DNA of 64,000 nucleotides from Octopus sinensis (GCF_006345805.1 NC_043005.1:87668001-87732000); one strand, 5' to 3'. Shown: positions 25,678-39,691, counted from the stretch's first letter. A program made the numbers and translations. Notes: generated by a model from the letters alone, not told the origin.

Positions 25678-25912
25678 AAAGGTGGACAACCGGCAGAATC
25701 GTCAGCACGCCGGGCAAAATGCCTACCTGAATTTCGTCCGTCTTTACGTTCTGAGTTCAAATTCAACCAAGGTCGACTTTGCTTTTTATCGTTCCGGGGT
25801 AAATAAAATAAGTACCAATTGAGTGTTGGGATCGATGCAATCAACTTCACCCCCCACCACCGAAATTGCTGGTATTGTGCCAAAATTTGAAACCTAAGGA
25901 CACCAACGGTGT
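25678..25912 (+). mobile_element. SINE F1, alternative tail B
   Basis: CCGGCAGAATCGTCAGCACGCCGGGC...GAGTTCAAATTC...CGAAATTGCTGGTATTGTGCCAAAATTTGAAACC. Confidence 0.85.
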
Positions 25913-25919
25913 TTCCATT

Positions 25920-26430
25920 GTGATGAGAACGATAATAATGATGATGATGATCATGATGACTATCATTATCATCATGACGATGATATTGATGGTAAGAAGG
26001 AGGAAAGAAATTGGGGAGAAGGAAGAGAAAGTGTCGAAGTGGATGATGACGATGCAAATACTGTTGATCAAAATATGATCATGACAATGTCGACAACTTC
26101 GATGCTACGTTGATGCTGCAGGTGATGATGATGATGATGATGATATTGATGATGACGATGAAAATTGTTAGGATGGAGAGGATGAAGGAGATGATGATAT
26201 AAAGCAAGAATAATAAAGATATACAAGGCAAAAAAATGCTTATGAAACAATATTCTAACAAAGATTACAAATATACAATGGCAACAACAACGCTCGCCAC
26301 AACGCAGTTTCATTGAAGCAGATGACAAATAAGAGCAATTGTAGCACTTACAACCACTAAAATGAACAACAACAACTACTACTACTACTACTAATCCTAC
26401 CACTAATACAACAACAATACAATAATTAAG
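25920..26430. repeat. Degenerate (GAT)n/(CAA)n/(CTA)n low-complexity tract
   Basis: Direct reading. Confidence 0.85.
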
Positions 26431-26859
26431 AATACCAACAACAAAATGCCGACGTTGAATTCAAAGAGAATAGAAGCAACGAGAGCAACAAGTAGATTTA
26501 CAAAAGTTAGTTAAGCCAAAGCGATATTACAGCAGGTAGACATAAGTATGTGAAGACGGTTATGGATTATGTCTTTCATTGAAATCAAGTTAATTGTTAG
26601 CCATTGAACAAGGAATTTCAATAATGGGTAGAGAGGTTAAACAAAATGGCTGCATTGTAATGGACTACCGTTTGCAGAAGTGGAGAATAATGGCGTTTTC
26701 ACGTAATAACACTTGAATACTTCTGTACAGGAAGTCTTTCTAAGCGGACGTGTCTGTGAGTCACAGCTCTGTAGGTGGATATATATAGCATATATGTATG
26801 TGCGTGTGCATGTGTGTGTGAATGTGTGCTTTGATGTATGTTTCCATGAATGCATTTAC

Positions 26860-26892
<33 letters not shown>

Positions 26893-27370
26893 AGTATGTA
26901 TGTATATATATGTATGTATGTATCTGTAAATATGATATGTGACAATTATTCGGTAGCTATGATAAAACTCCGAGTTTCGGATGTCGGGGCGGAAATCGCA
27001 TAAGTGCGCATATCTACGCATACACATGCGTGTCCGCACACCCACGTACATGCGCCTATATGTATACACTCATCCACCCTCACTTCAAACACACAAATGC
27101 TAACCTACACATTCTCCAAAAGACATATACATACCCGCATACACGCTCCGGCATATGATGCTCCCCGCCTACATCTGCTTGTAATCAGAGATCTACATAT
27201 CGTCAGCTACTAAGAGACAAGCTCAACTGGTTACGGTCAAACAATTGACAAGCAAATCTGTGGTTTTGAGCAGAATATTTGCTGTAGCCCATCATTTATA
27301 CCAACACAAAAACAATGTACATGATAACACTTCCAGTCATGAGTGCCACTGCCTGGTACTGCATCAGATT

Positions 27371-27371
<1 letters not shown>

Positions 27372-27419
<48 letters not shown>

Positions 27420-27441
27420 CCACTGCCAGGAATCGAACTCG

Positions 27442-27524
<83 letters not shown>

Positions 27525-27730
27525 GCAACAACAACAACAACAACAACAACAACGTAAAATACTTTAGGAATGAGAACCCAGGTTTGAAATTTCCGCAAGA
27601 CACCTGATGAAGGCTGGAGGGTATATCAGCCGAAACGTTGTGTTAACAACAAGCAAGATGAGGACAAATATACATCAAATGTAAATAATGTACATAAGTC
27701 ACATAATACCTCATCTCTTGAATATAACTT
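27372..27730 (+). mobile_element. tRNA-headed hammerhead element, copy B, with inverted 5' part
   Basis: (ATT)n plus inverted B-box segment (27415-27445), then (AAT)n(AAC)n and the tail, ending ATAATACCTCATCTCTTGAATATAACT. Confidence 0.85.
27599..27644 (+). ncRNA. Minimal type I hammerhead ribozyme motif (HH1)
   Basis: GACAC-CTGATGA-A-GGCTG(GAGGGTATAT)CAGCC-GAAA-CG-TT-GTGTT. Core and stems II/III are identical to copy A; loop II differs. Confidence 0.78.
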
Positions 27731-27860
27731 CAATATGCGGGTATGGCAAAGTTAAATACTGGGTGTACAAAACATTGGCAATGAAACAAAAATTTTGATA
27801 GGTTTCGGCCAGTATAGTTCCAGGCCATATCTAACTTAATAGCAACACCTGGTTAATTGT

Positions 27861-27906
<46 letters not shown>

Positions 27907-29441
27907 TGTATGTATATGTATGTATGTATGTATATTATTTATATATGTGTGCGTTTGTGTGTGTGTATGTACAAAATGTCTTTCTATTGTACAGATAGTC
28001 TAAGATGTGAAATCATTTATATCTAGTGTGAACCTTAAGGATGTATTCCCTATATATATATATATATTTGTGTGTATGTGTGTGTATACATATGCACACA
28101 CATATCTATATATATATATGTGTGTGTGTGTATGTATATACACACATATGTATGTGCATATACGTCGAATATATCCGTATGTATACAAAAATACAATGAA
28201 TAATCGACAAAATGAGAAAGGACATCATATCATAGTGTTATATACGTACGCGCGTATGTACGTACGTAATTATGTATACACGTTTGCATGCGTGTTTGTA
28301 TCTGTCCATATATGTATCTACATATGTAATTATTGCACTGGTAAAATAACTACAATGATAACACACACAGATTTGAAGATCTCGACTGAATGAAAACCAT
28401 ATATACGCACATATATGAAAACCATATATACACACATACACACACATTTGTTTAAGTGTATGTACATATTTAAATGTGTTCACACAAGGCTACGCCACAA
28501 TATCTAGCAACCCAGAAAACTATATTAAAAAAAAAATCAATTATTGCCAATGGTAATCGGTAATATGTAATTTTCTTTAGCAATTAATTTGCAGCAGAAA
28601 ACAAGAAAAAAACGGTATTTACACTCATGCCTACACAATAACTGGAGACATTGTTGAGATTCTTGAGAACAAACACGACAGTATATCGCTTCCTTGAAAA
28701 CTACTTTCGCCTTGCATTTCTACATATATTCTCGTGTTCTTCAATGCTTTTTGCTTGTGTTTTTTTTTTCTGTATACCTTTTCTTCAATTTCGTGCAATC
28801 ATTCATTAGTTATTTCGTTTATAAGTTATTTTTTTATACGTATAGTATATATATATATATTTTCTATATGTTTGTTTCGTGTTTTCCATGAATTGTGTGC
28901 GTCTCTATGCAAAATGGTATTTGTTCGTAAATGCAAATACAAACGCACAAACACACATACACGCACACACACACACACCACACACACACATACATATATA
29001 TAATATATTATATATATATATATAATATTATATATACATAGATACATACATATATATATATATAAATACATACATATATACATATATATTATATATATAT
29101 AAATATATTTATACATATATATATATATTGGGGGGGGCTTGTGTGTGTGGTGTGTGTGTGTGTGTGTGTGCGTGTGGTGTGTTTGTATGTGTGTGTGTGT
29201 GTGTGTGTGTGGTTGTGTACATTTACTGCAGAAAAGGAGTGAGAGAATAATCGTCGCAAAAGTTGCAGAATGAATTTGTCACTGTTATAAGTACAGTGAA
29301 GGAAATTTTCGGTTCTTCAGTCACTCCTGTAATATCACAAGTAAACGGAAATATCATACTCTGTATAGTATCTTGTATACTGAGTTGTATCATTTCTTGT
29401 TTGTTTTGTTAAAGCAATACAATGTACACACACACACATAC

Positions 29442-29915
<474 letters not shown>

Positions 29916-30197
29916 CTGTGTGTGTGTATATATATATGCAAAAAAAATAAGCAACAAGATATCCAGTATTGATGCAGTACGACCGCTTCAAGCAGCTCCA
30001 TTTAATTGAACAATGCAATCATTACATCAATTTACATTACAGTTATCCTCAGCAGCACAAATAAGTAGAATTTTAATCAGTTGGTGACATAGATATAATT
30101 TTCCTCCAATAATTTAACAGAGCAAGAAGATAGACGAAATCCATGTTGTCTCTGTTGTAGCTAACAATAGTCTATACTACCAACAAAGTCATATATT

Positions 30198-30427
30198 AGG
30201 CGGAGAGCTGGCCGACACGTTAGCGGGTCGGGCGAAATGCTTAGTGGTATTTCGTCTGTTGTTACGTTATGAGTTCAAATTCCGCCGTGGTCGATTTTGC
30301 CTTTCATTTTTTCGGAGTCGATAATTAAGTACCAGTTACGCACTGGGGTTGATGTAATCGACTTAATCCATTTGTCTGTCCTTGTTTGTCCTCTATGTGT
30401 TTAGCCCCTTGTGGGCAATAAAGAAAT
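30198..30427 (+). mobile_element. SINE F1 (duplication unit 1)
   Basis: Full head GGCGGAGAGCTGGCCGACACGTTAGC through tail GGGCAATAAAGAAAT. Confidence 0.92.
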
Positions 30428-30471
30428 ATATATATATAATATATATATATATTATATATATATATATTATA

Positions 30472-30511
<40 letters not shown>

Positions 30512-30512
<1 letters not shown>

Positions 30513-30810
30513 CACGTGATCACGTGACCAACCAGGCAATCAGATGTTGGTACACATCGCTGGTCACAATGCGCTTCGCATTGTTTTTGCTTTCAAATGA
30601 CGCCACCCCACTGGCTGAGCGAGCAGGCCAACAGAAGAAGAGTGAGAGAAAGTGCGGCGAAAGTGTACAGCAGGGGTCGCCACCCCCACCCCCTGCCGGA
30701 GCCTCGTGGAGCTTTAGGTTTTTTCGCTCAATAAACACACACAATGCCCGGTCTGGGAATCGAAACCGCGATCGTACGACTGCTGCCTAACCACTGGGCC
30801 ATTGCGCCTC

Positions 30811-30814
<4 letters not shown>
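30512..30814 (-). mobile_element. SINE F3 with tail D (duplication unit 2)
   Basis: Copy of 29553-29858. Confidence 0.92.
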
Positions 30815-30863
<49 letters not shown>

Positions 30864-31159
30864 TGTGTGTGTGTGTGGTGTGTGTGTATATATATATATG
30901 CAAAAAAAAAAGCAACAAGATATCCAGTATTGATGCAGTACGACCGCTTCAAGCAGCTCCATTTAATTGAACAATGCAATCATTACATCAATTTACATTA
31001 CAGTTATCCTCAGCAGCACAAATAAGTAGAATTTTAATCAGTTGGTGACATAGATATAATTTTCCTCCAATAATTTAACAGAGCAAGAAGATAGACGAAA
31101 TCCATGTTGTCTCTGTTGTAGCTAACAATAGTCTATACTACCAACAAAGTCATATATTA

Positions 31160-31386
31160 AGGCGGAGAGCTGGCCGACACGTTAGCGGGTCGGGCGAAAT
31201 GCTTAGTGGTATTTCGTCTGTTGTTACGTTATGAGTTCAAATTCCGCCGTGGTCGATTTTGCCTTTCATTTTTTCGGAGTCGATAAATTAAGTACCAGTT
31301 ACGCACTGGGGTTGATGTAATCGACTTAATCCATTTGTCTGTCCTTGTTTGTCCTCTATGTGTTTAGCCCCTTGTGGGCAATAAAG

Positions 31387-31390
<4 letters not shown>
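31160..31390 (+). mobile_element. SINE F1 (duplication unit 2)
   Basis: Copy of 30198-30427. Confidence 0.92.
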
Positions 31391-31426
<36 letters not shown>

Positions 31427-31511
31427 TGGATTAAGCACAAAAATGCGAAGAAGAGTATTCTAATACAAGGTATAGAGTAATATGCCTTATTAAAAAGCAG
31501 CAGAAATATCA

Positions 31512-31560
31512 CAAATACTGTTACTCACTGTTCCAAGTTCCCGTTTGTCGGACAGTTTTG
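31512..31560 (-). ncRNA. Degenerate hammerhead motif, family HH2
   Basis: AAAACTGT-CCGACAA-ACGGGAACTT-GGAA-CAGTGAG-TA-ACAGTATT; stem I is largely intact, core is mutated. Confidence 0.45.
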
Positions 31561-32352
31561 TTAGAATGGGACAGAAATGACGATATAATCAAACATGAAA
31601 TAGTTTAAATGATACACATTTGAAAATGGTGTCGTTTCGAACAAAATTCAGTATATATACATCTTGTTGTAAAATCGAAGAAAACCTTAAATCGAAGAGC
31701 AGAGTCTAAATGCATAAGGTAAATAATTATATATTAATAGTATAAATCAATTAAAACGTTTTAGAATTATATACATTTGAAAATTGGAATTGAAAATTAA
31801 AAATTACGTTGATGTTTTTCAGCAGCAAATACACATACTAAGCCATCTATAGTGTACATATATACACTAAAGTATTCAGATGCATGTGCATAGTTATATG
31901 CATATATAGACATATATAGATGAGACATAAATATATACACAAATATCCATATACATCATATGTATGCACACATACGCGTGCACAAAATCTTTTGGTGTAT
32001 ATATATACAGGTCAGTTGTTACGGACGAAAGAGATGGGAAGTACATTAAGCGTTGGGTGGCGGGTGAGAAAAAGTAAAAAGAAAAAGATAAAGAGACTGA
32101 ATCAAAAAAACTAGCGAGAGAAGAGAAAGAGTTTGCTATGCAACGATGCCAAACTAGTATCGAGTAGGAAAAAGAAAGGAGAGATGCTTCACGAATTGTG
32201 CTCAACGAACGCACACATAAAATAAAACTACATAAGTATATACACACAACTGCATATAAATACAAATATATGATTATAAAAATCCACATATATGATATGC
32301 ATACAAATGCACATATATAAATATACATTTATATTTATATATACATATATGC

Positions 32353-32422
<70 letters not shown>

Positions 32423-32909
32423 GGGCATTACTATACATAAATGCCTCACACCAGGAAGAACTCTTAAAGTCAAAACCAACAAAATAAAACATATTGTACC
32501 GAAGGCGAGGGAATGCAACTCTCGAAAGGAGCCTTTTAAAACCAGATTCAGCTGCATATCATATGATTTCATAATTAATGCACAAAATGCATTTTTAGAG
32601 ATGCAATTCGAAAAGCCCACCTTTTACGCACACATATATATAAGTGTGGACAATTCTATGTACTATGCTGGATACGTCTGGAATGTTAATTTTTTGTTCA
32701 TGTTAATGTGTCTTGATATGCACACACTGACGATTAAAAAGTGCATTTTGTGCACTAATTATGAAATCATATGATATGCAGCTGAATCTAGTTTTAAAGG
32801 GCTCGCTTCGAGAGTTGCATTCCCTCGCATTCGGTAAATGTGTTTTATTATGGTAGTTTTGACTTTAAGAGTCCCTCCTAGCGTAAGGCATTTATGTATA
32901 GTAATGCCC
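32423..32909. mobile_element. MITE with about 175-bp TIRs and TTAA flanks (Kolobok-like)
   Basis: TTAA|GGGCATTACTATACATAAATGCC ... GGCATTTATGTATAGTAATGCCC|TTAA; arms 32423-32597 and 32735-32909. Confidence 0.88.
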
Positions 32910-33320
32910 TTAATATACATAAATATATTTAAGAGGAATAATTGATGATTTTTCCTTTATGACGTTTTTCAAGCAAACTACTTGATATATTCTTATAAAG
33001 ATATCCTATTTTTCAATTATTCACACACACACACACACACATATATAAAATTTAACAATTTAATAAATAAAACACATGCGTACATACATATATATATGTA
33101 CACACCTACATCTATATGTATATATACATGCATATATGGGTACAGGACACCACAAAAAACGTAAAGCACAACGAGAAACGAAAACATAAAAACAAAACAA
33201 AGAAACGGACTTTTTTTAACAACGAAGAAACAGAGTAGAAGACATACAACACAAGGAAAATTTCCCTTCTTCAGCCTGTCCTTTTTCGACTCAATGCGTG
33301 TTTCGAAGGTAATACATATA

Positions 33321-33500
33321 CATGTTGGGAAATTGGGAAATGGATCAAGGGTTTTGAGGGTGTGCATGGGGGAAACGGAATTGGGGACAGAAATGTAGAA
33401 GGAAGGATGCTGTTGGAGTTTTGCGATGAGAAACAATTTTGTGTGACGAACACGTGCTATGGGAAAACAAGCAAAAGTTAGGTGACTTTCAGTGCAGGAG
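33321..33500 (+). mobile_element. RTE-clade LINE endonuclease fragment
   Basis: HVGK / GFEGVHGGNGIGDRNVEGRMLLEFCDEKQFCVTNTCY...*VTFSAG matches the RTE APE motif GVHGG.G.G.RN.EG..LLEFC. Confidence 0.85.
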
Positions 33501-33890
33501 TGTATGAGAACCATGAAATGCTTTTCGAAAAGTGATGTAACATTTCTATGTCGTAAAACAAATAATTTTCAGGATAAAACATTAGAGTAAGCGACTGTCA
33601 GATTTGGAGCATAAGAGCTACTTTGCTAAAGGTCAATAACTCAGAAAGGGAATAACCCAGAATCTAGCCCACAGATGTTTTGTATTGGATGACAGTGCCG
33701 AGTTCCCTGTTCGAACGTATATGGACACATATAGTGTGTCATCTAGCCATCTAGAAACGACATTCTTTGGTGCTAAAACAGTAGTACTATCGTCCTTTTC
33801 AGGACAACCACATTTTGTCGGCAAATAGCATTTACTTTAAAGAACTGTTACTGATTATCGCTCTTTAGGGAGATCTTAAATAAGAATGTT

Positions 33891-33952
<62 letters not shown>

Positions 33953-33974
33953 TTATATATAAATGTATAATATA

Positions 33975-34146
33975 GGACAATCAGCTAGTTGTCATAATTA
34001 TACCCACAGTTTCAGATGCCGGGGCTAAATGACATCCTCATCAGTTATTAAAACAAAAACGCTTTTGTATTAATAACTGATGGGGAAGTCTTTTAGCCCC
34101 AGCATCGGAAACCCTGAGTATTATTACGACAACTTACTGATTGTCC
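33975..34146. mobile_element. 172-bp foldback element (palindromic MITE) with TA flanks
   Basis: TA|GGACAATCAG ... CTGATTGTCC|TA; the whole element pairs around a 4-nt loop ACGC near 34059. Confidence 0.85.
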
Positions 34147-34454
34147 TATATATATATATTTAGAGATAAATCCTCTGTGTACATGATATCGAGGTCTCAT
34201 TCATTCTTAGTTGTCATATTATTATTATTACAAATATATATATTTACATATATATACATATATATATATACTATATATGGGTATATATATATGTATACAT
34301 ATACATGTATATGTATACATATATATATATATTATATATATATATATACATATACATGTATATGTATACATATATATATATATATACATATATATATCAT
34401 ATATGTATGTATATATATATGTATATATGTGTGTGTATATGTACATATATATGT

Positions 34455-34622
<168 letters not shown>

Positions 34623-35064
34623 ACACATACACGCATACACATATGATATGCACAATGCTTTCTTAGAGTTTAGTCATCAAACGTGAAAATAACAAATGGA
34701 ATCTAACAGAGTCGCATTAAACAACAATAAATATCAACGGCAATAACAACAAAAATTGATAAAAGAATATTCTACATTAATTACCAAATGTTTTTTCAAT
34801 ACGTTCAAGTCAAATTTTCTTATTTCAAAAATTTCGTAAATGGAATTTGTTGTTTGCGACGATCTTTCTTTTATTCTGTCAGAAATCCATTAATTACAAC
34901 CATTTTACGCATTCACTTTCAAACTGACATACACCACCACACCCGTTCGCCTGCATTTAAGGTGTTTATATTTGTGTATATAAATATAAACGTATATATA
35001 TGTATGCACGCATGTGTATGCTTGTGTATGTATGCACGCATTATATACATTATATACATTATAT

Positions 35065-35300
35065 ACATTTCTTCTTTTACTTTTTCAGTCATCTGACTAC
35101 GGCTATGCTAGAACATTGCCTTGCAAGGTTTTAGTCGAACAAATCGACCCCAAGACTTATATCTTAAGACTAGTACTTATTTTACCGGTCGCTTTTGCCG
35201 ATCCGCTAAGTTACATGGATATGAAAACACGAACACCGGCTGTTAAGCGGTGATGGAGACAAACACAGACACAAAAACAAACATATAGATATGTGCATAT
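35065..35300 (-). mobile_element. SINE F2 3' half
   Basis: CAGTCATCTGACTACGGCTATGCTAG...AAATCGACCCCAAGACTTAT...GCCGATCCGCTAAGTTAC. Confidence 0.8.
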
Positions 35301-35333
35301 ATAAATATATATATATGTGATTTTGTGCGTGTA

Positions 35334-35379
<46 letters not shown>

Positions 35380-35398
<19 letters not shown>

Positions 35399-35485
35399 AG
35401 AGAGAGCCAAACAGACAGACAGAGAATTTGAAGTGATGTACATATATTGTATATTTAGAAAAATAATGTCGTCAGAATGTTGGAT

Positions 35486-35534
<49 letters not shown>

Positions 35535-35653
35535 ATATATAATCATCCAACATTCTGACTACATTATTTTCTAAATATACAATATATGTACATCACTTCA
35601 AATTCTCTGTCTGTCTGTTTGACTGTCTCTCTCAGTCTCTCTCTTTCTCTCTC
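35380..35653. repeat. Local inverted duplication (about 110-bp arms) around a (TA)n core
   Basis: 35380-35488 is the near-perfect reverse complement of 35542-35653. Confidence 0.9.
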
Positions 35654-36024
35654 CATGTTGACGAATTCAAATATAAAAATTCTGTTTCCTTTTCCACCCT
35701 AAAAGTTCACTAAGTACTAAACAAATAAGTCTACCCATACCAATAAAAAGCCACGGATCTTTCCTCCCCTCCTCCCTAATATTTTTTCTTCTTTTTCTTC
35801 TCTTGCTGGACTAATCCCCAAAATTTTAATTTATAGAAAGGCCACAAAATCTAACTTCAAACTATTTTGATAAATCTGATAACGGAAGAAAGCGCTAAAC
35901 GTGTAAATAAAAAGATATATACAATCATCCAACATTCTGACTATAAAATTATTCTTAAGATATATATGTATACATATATATATATATATTATATATATAT
36001 ATATAATATATATATATTATATAT

Positions 36025-36066
<42 letters not shown>

Positions 36067-36069
36067 AAC

Positions 36070-36106
<37 letters not shown>

Positions 36107-36317
36107 ATATATTTCATAATGTAGAACAGTTACTCCTACACAATCTTTCTCTCCCGTTTTTTGTCACAACTCTCTCTGTGGAAGAGCAAAGGCTCGATTC
36201 TTCAAAGATATTTCCATTCTTCCCGAGCGTTAAACTAATGCAGCTGCTTGTGGTTCCTTCACCTGATATCGTCGATTGTTTCCTGTAAGTTCAAACTAAA
36301 GAAAAATATGCGTGTGC

Positions 36318-36386
<69 letters not shown>

Positions 36387-38103
36387 AAATAAAATATTTA
36401 CGGAGTCCAAAACTGGTTATACGTTAAATCTGGTATCTTTCGTTTTTTTCAATATTTGTAATCTTTTAATATATGTATTATGAAATTCGAAATAGGCAAT
36501 GATAATAATAATCTTCGCCGATGACCTGCATCTTGTACACTTAAACGTCTCTCCTTAGTTAAATGCATTGATTTTTAGCATTGTGTATAATTCTGTACTT
36601 TAACAGATCCACAATACAGTAAAGTTACATATGACGGAATTGCTAAAACATGAGTGCTTGATATTTTTTATTATTCTTTGTTGAATATTCATGATTAACT
36701 TACTTTTCCCCTAGTAACATTGAGCGGCAAGTACGTCGTACAACTTGGTATTCAAGCTAAACAGATAAAGGGATTCTTGTTACACTTTGTTGCATCTCGT
36801 TTCAGTTTCCTTGTTTACACATTGAAAGGAGTGTTCATTTCAAGACACTGTCAAATCGAAGTAGTTTTCAACCTAATACAAGGCAAAAACCTTTTTTTTT
36901 TTTCAGTTCCCATTTATGATGTCTCTGGTTCTGAAATTCGTCTCGTAAGGATATCTTTTACTCGAGCATATTCTATGAGGTTCTTCGAAATCCCACACGA
37001 TTAATAAGGCCTGTCCGCGTCAGCTTGGTCTATTAAAAAAATTTCCAACAGCTCAAATCGCACAGACTCAACCGAACGCATCCACCTAATACTTATGTTT
37101 ATGCACAGATACATAAAAACACATACACACACGTATGCACACACGAACACAGAAACACTCACACACACATATATACATATATACAAATACACACGTGCGC
37201 ACACAAACATACAGACACACGTCTCTCTCTTCTAATCAAGTCCTGCAATACTTGAATTCACAATGTAAATTCCAAACTTATTTAATAAATTTCCATCTCC
37301 AAAAGGATTTATGGAAAACAAAAGATATTATTTTAATATTACATTAAATATTTAATCAAGCATCTTCTACTTGAAACTGACTTTCTATATAATATTTTGT
37401 TATATGAAAAGCATTGTCAATAACTTCAGATGACTCTTAAATTTTCTCATCTATGTGATTTGAATTATTTTTACATTATTGTTATTGTTGTTGTTGTTGT
37501 TGTTGTTGCCGTTGTTATTTAGTTTTTGTAGTGTTTTTTTTCTGCGAATCCATTAAGCAACGTTTTCCAGTTATGTTACAGAAAACCAGTATGAAGTGGA
37601 ATTGGTAAAGTGTTTCTATCCCACAATGGTGTACGTTTGTTTGAATTTTTCTAAAATGTCATCCTTTTCTGTCCGTTTAAATGAAATGAAATACATCATC
37701 GTCATACGAGTGTCCTCGATTGGAGCAAAGTTTTTTGAAGAGATTTATATAATGAGTGTTTATAGGAACATATTAATGACTTTTGAAATGTAAATATTTC
37801 TACAAATAATATTGTTCTGCTTTTATGCAAGTTAATGGCATGGATTTCTGACGACGAATCGTCTCTGTTGTGATATTTTACTCGGAAAATTACTATTTTG
37901 TTTTGGACTTCAATTTGGCCAGCGTATAAGATGTTATTATTTTAATGCAACAACTTACACTTATACGCACTAAAATATATACACTCACACACACGCGCGC
38001 GCTTGCACGCATACATTCACACATGCATTCACATATACACATATACACAAATATACAAATGTAGCATGACGCTCCAAAGCGATAGAGTTGCATTGAAATA
38101 CAT

Positions 38104-38193
<90 letters not shown>

Positions 38194-38380
38194 ATATATA
38201 TGCGTGGTTATGCATACATACATATATGTACATATAGGTAAACAGTAAAAATAATTACAGACATGGACAAGAACATGAAACACCACAGAGACGACACAAG
38301 AACCACAGGACGGGACATTCGAAGCCCTCAGTCATCAGTCAAGAACCAGATCATCTTAGCAATTTCGGCTGATTATAATG

Positions 38381-38476
38381 TTTGCGGCTGAAGAGAGCTT
38401 TAAACCATCTTTTATATCAATAATGCACTGATGTAATAATGGATTGTTTATAAAACCTGAAACACGTGTACCGCGA
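38381..38476 (+). ncRNA. Hammerhead ribozyme motif with long stem II (HH5)
   Basis: TTGCGG-CTGAAGA-[64-nt imperfect hairpin]-GAAA-CACGTG-TA-CCGCGA: intact core, GUA site, palindromic stem III ACACGTGT, 6-bp stem I including one G-U. Confidence 0.65.
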
Positions 38477-38522
38477 TATCCTTTGTGTTCTGTTTTTAAT
38501 TTTATTTGTATATATATATATA

Positions 38523-38771
38523 ACTAATCTAGATGGGAACCACCATTCCCCAACTCAGTCAATGAAGGACCTGTCCAAAGCCATGCTATGAGACATATAC
38601 CATAAAAAATATTAATCTAAAATTTTAATGATATATAATATTGAACAGTAAGGTTATTCCAATCATATAATATATAAGAGAAAATACTTTTAAAATCACA
38701 TTGAATACCATATAAATAAACGGGTTCTTCATTGACTGAGTTGTGGAATAATAGTCCGTCTCTAAATCAGT
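38523..38771. mobile_element. MITE with about 55-bp TIRs and TA flanks
   Basis: ATTCCCCAACTCAGTCAATGAAGGACC versus GGTTCTTCATTGACTGAGTTGTGGAAT; termini TA|ACTAAT ... ATCAGT|TA. Confidence 0.75.
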
Positions 38772-39022
38772 TATATACATATACTATATATTATATATTA
38801 CGAAAATCCGTTCTAATATTATTATACTGCATTTTACCTGTAAGGCTGGAATAATAATGTATTCCCTAATATTATATATATATATATTAGTTAAGTAAGA
38901 AAATTAGACTTGGTTAAGTAAAAGCCTTGCAAAAGCTCGTCCACAGTTTTTGATTGCCTGATACCATCATACAATGGAAATGACCAGTTGTTATAGGATG
39001 TAAATCAGTATTTTCAACAGAA

Positions 39023-39638
39023 TCCATAGAGTTTATATAAAAAATAAGCTATGTAAAATGGAATGAACGACATTCTTTACTTTGAACATCATTACAATTG
39101 TTTCGACACAGTTTTGCACCTTTCGTACATTCGAGAGATATTGTGTAATGGCTATCGTGTAACCAGGGTGTTACAAGCTACTCCTCAGGTGATTTGTTAA
39201 ATAAGTCCTTCGTGGCGTGTCATTTCCAAAAGTGTACAAATAAAACTAAACCTATAGATATAGTGACTGATAAAAACAATTATAATCAAAATACTAAATA
39301 CATAATGAATCAGACAAAAGAAGAAAAACTATCAATTACCATTGTATTTTAATAGTTGGAATATTTGGAAGATATCTCTAAACAGCCTGAAAAATAAAAT
39401 GAAGAATAAAATTCAACTGCATCTTTCACTAAGAATAATGAGGAGCGGATCTAGCGAAGGTCTTATTTAAACAATCACCTGAGGAGGTGCATTTTACAGT
39501 ATTGATGTATGATAATGGTTACACAACATTTCACCGACTAAAGGTGAAAAAAATGTATTGAAACAATTGTAGTGATTTTTAAATAAAGAATGTCGTTCAT
39601 CCCATTCTTTATCATTTATCTATGTAAAACTCTACGGG
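39023..39638. mobile_element. Old MITE with about 100-bp TIRs
   Basis: ATGGAATGAACGACATTCTTTACTTTGAACATCATTACAATTGTTTC versus GAAACAATTGTAGTGATTTTTAAATAAAGAATGTCGTTCATCCCAT; right end CTCTACGGG|TA. Confidence 0.7.
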
Positions 39639-39691
39639 TACTATGGAAATCCTTCGTGTAAATCCAGCAGCAGCATTTCACCAGTATGATG

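Noticed and set aside
29294-29327. Minus-strand AGTGA-CTGAAGA-ACC-GAAA...TCACT
   Set aside because: Stem II cannot form from 3 nt and there is no NUH at the right position.
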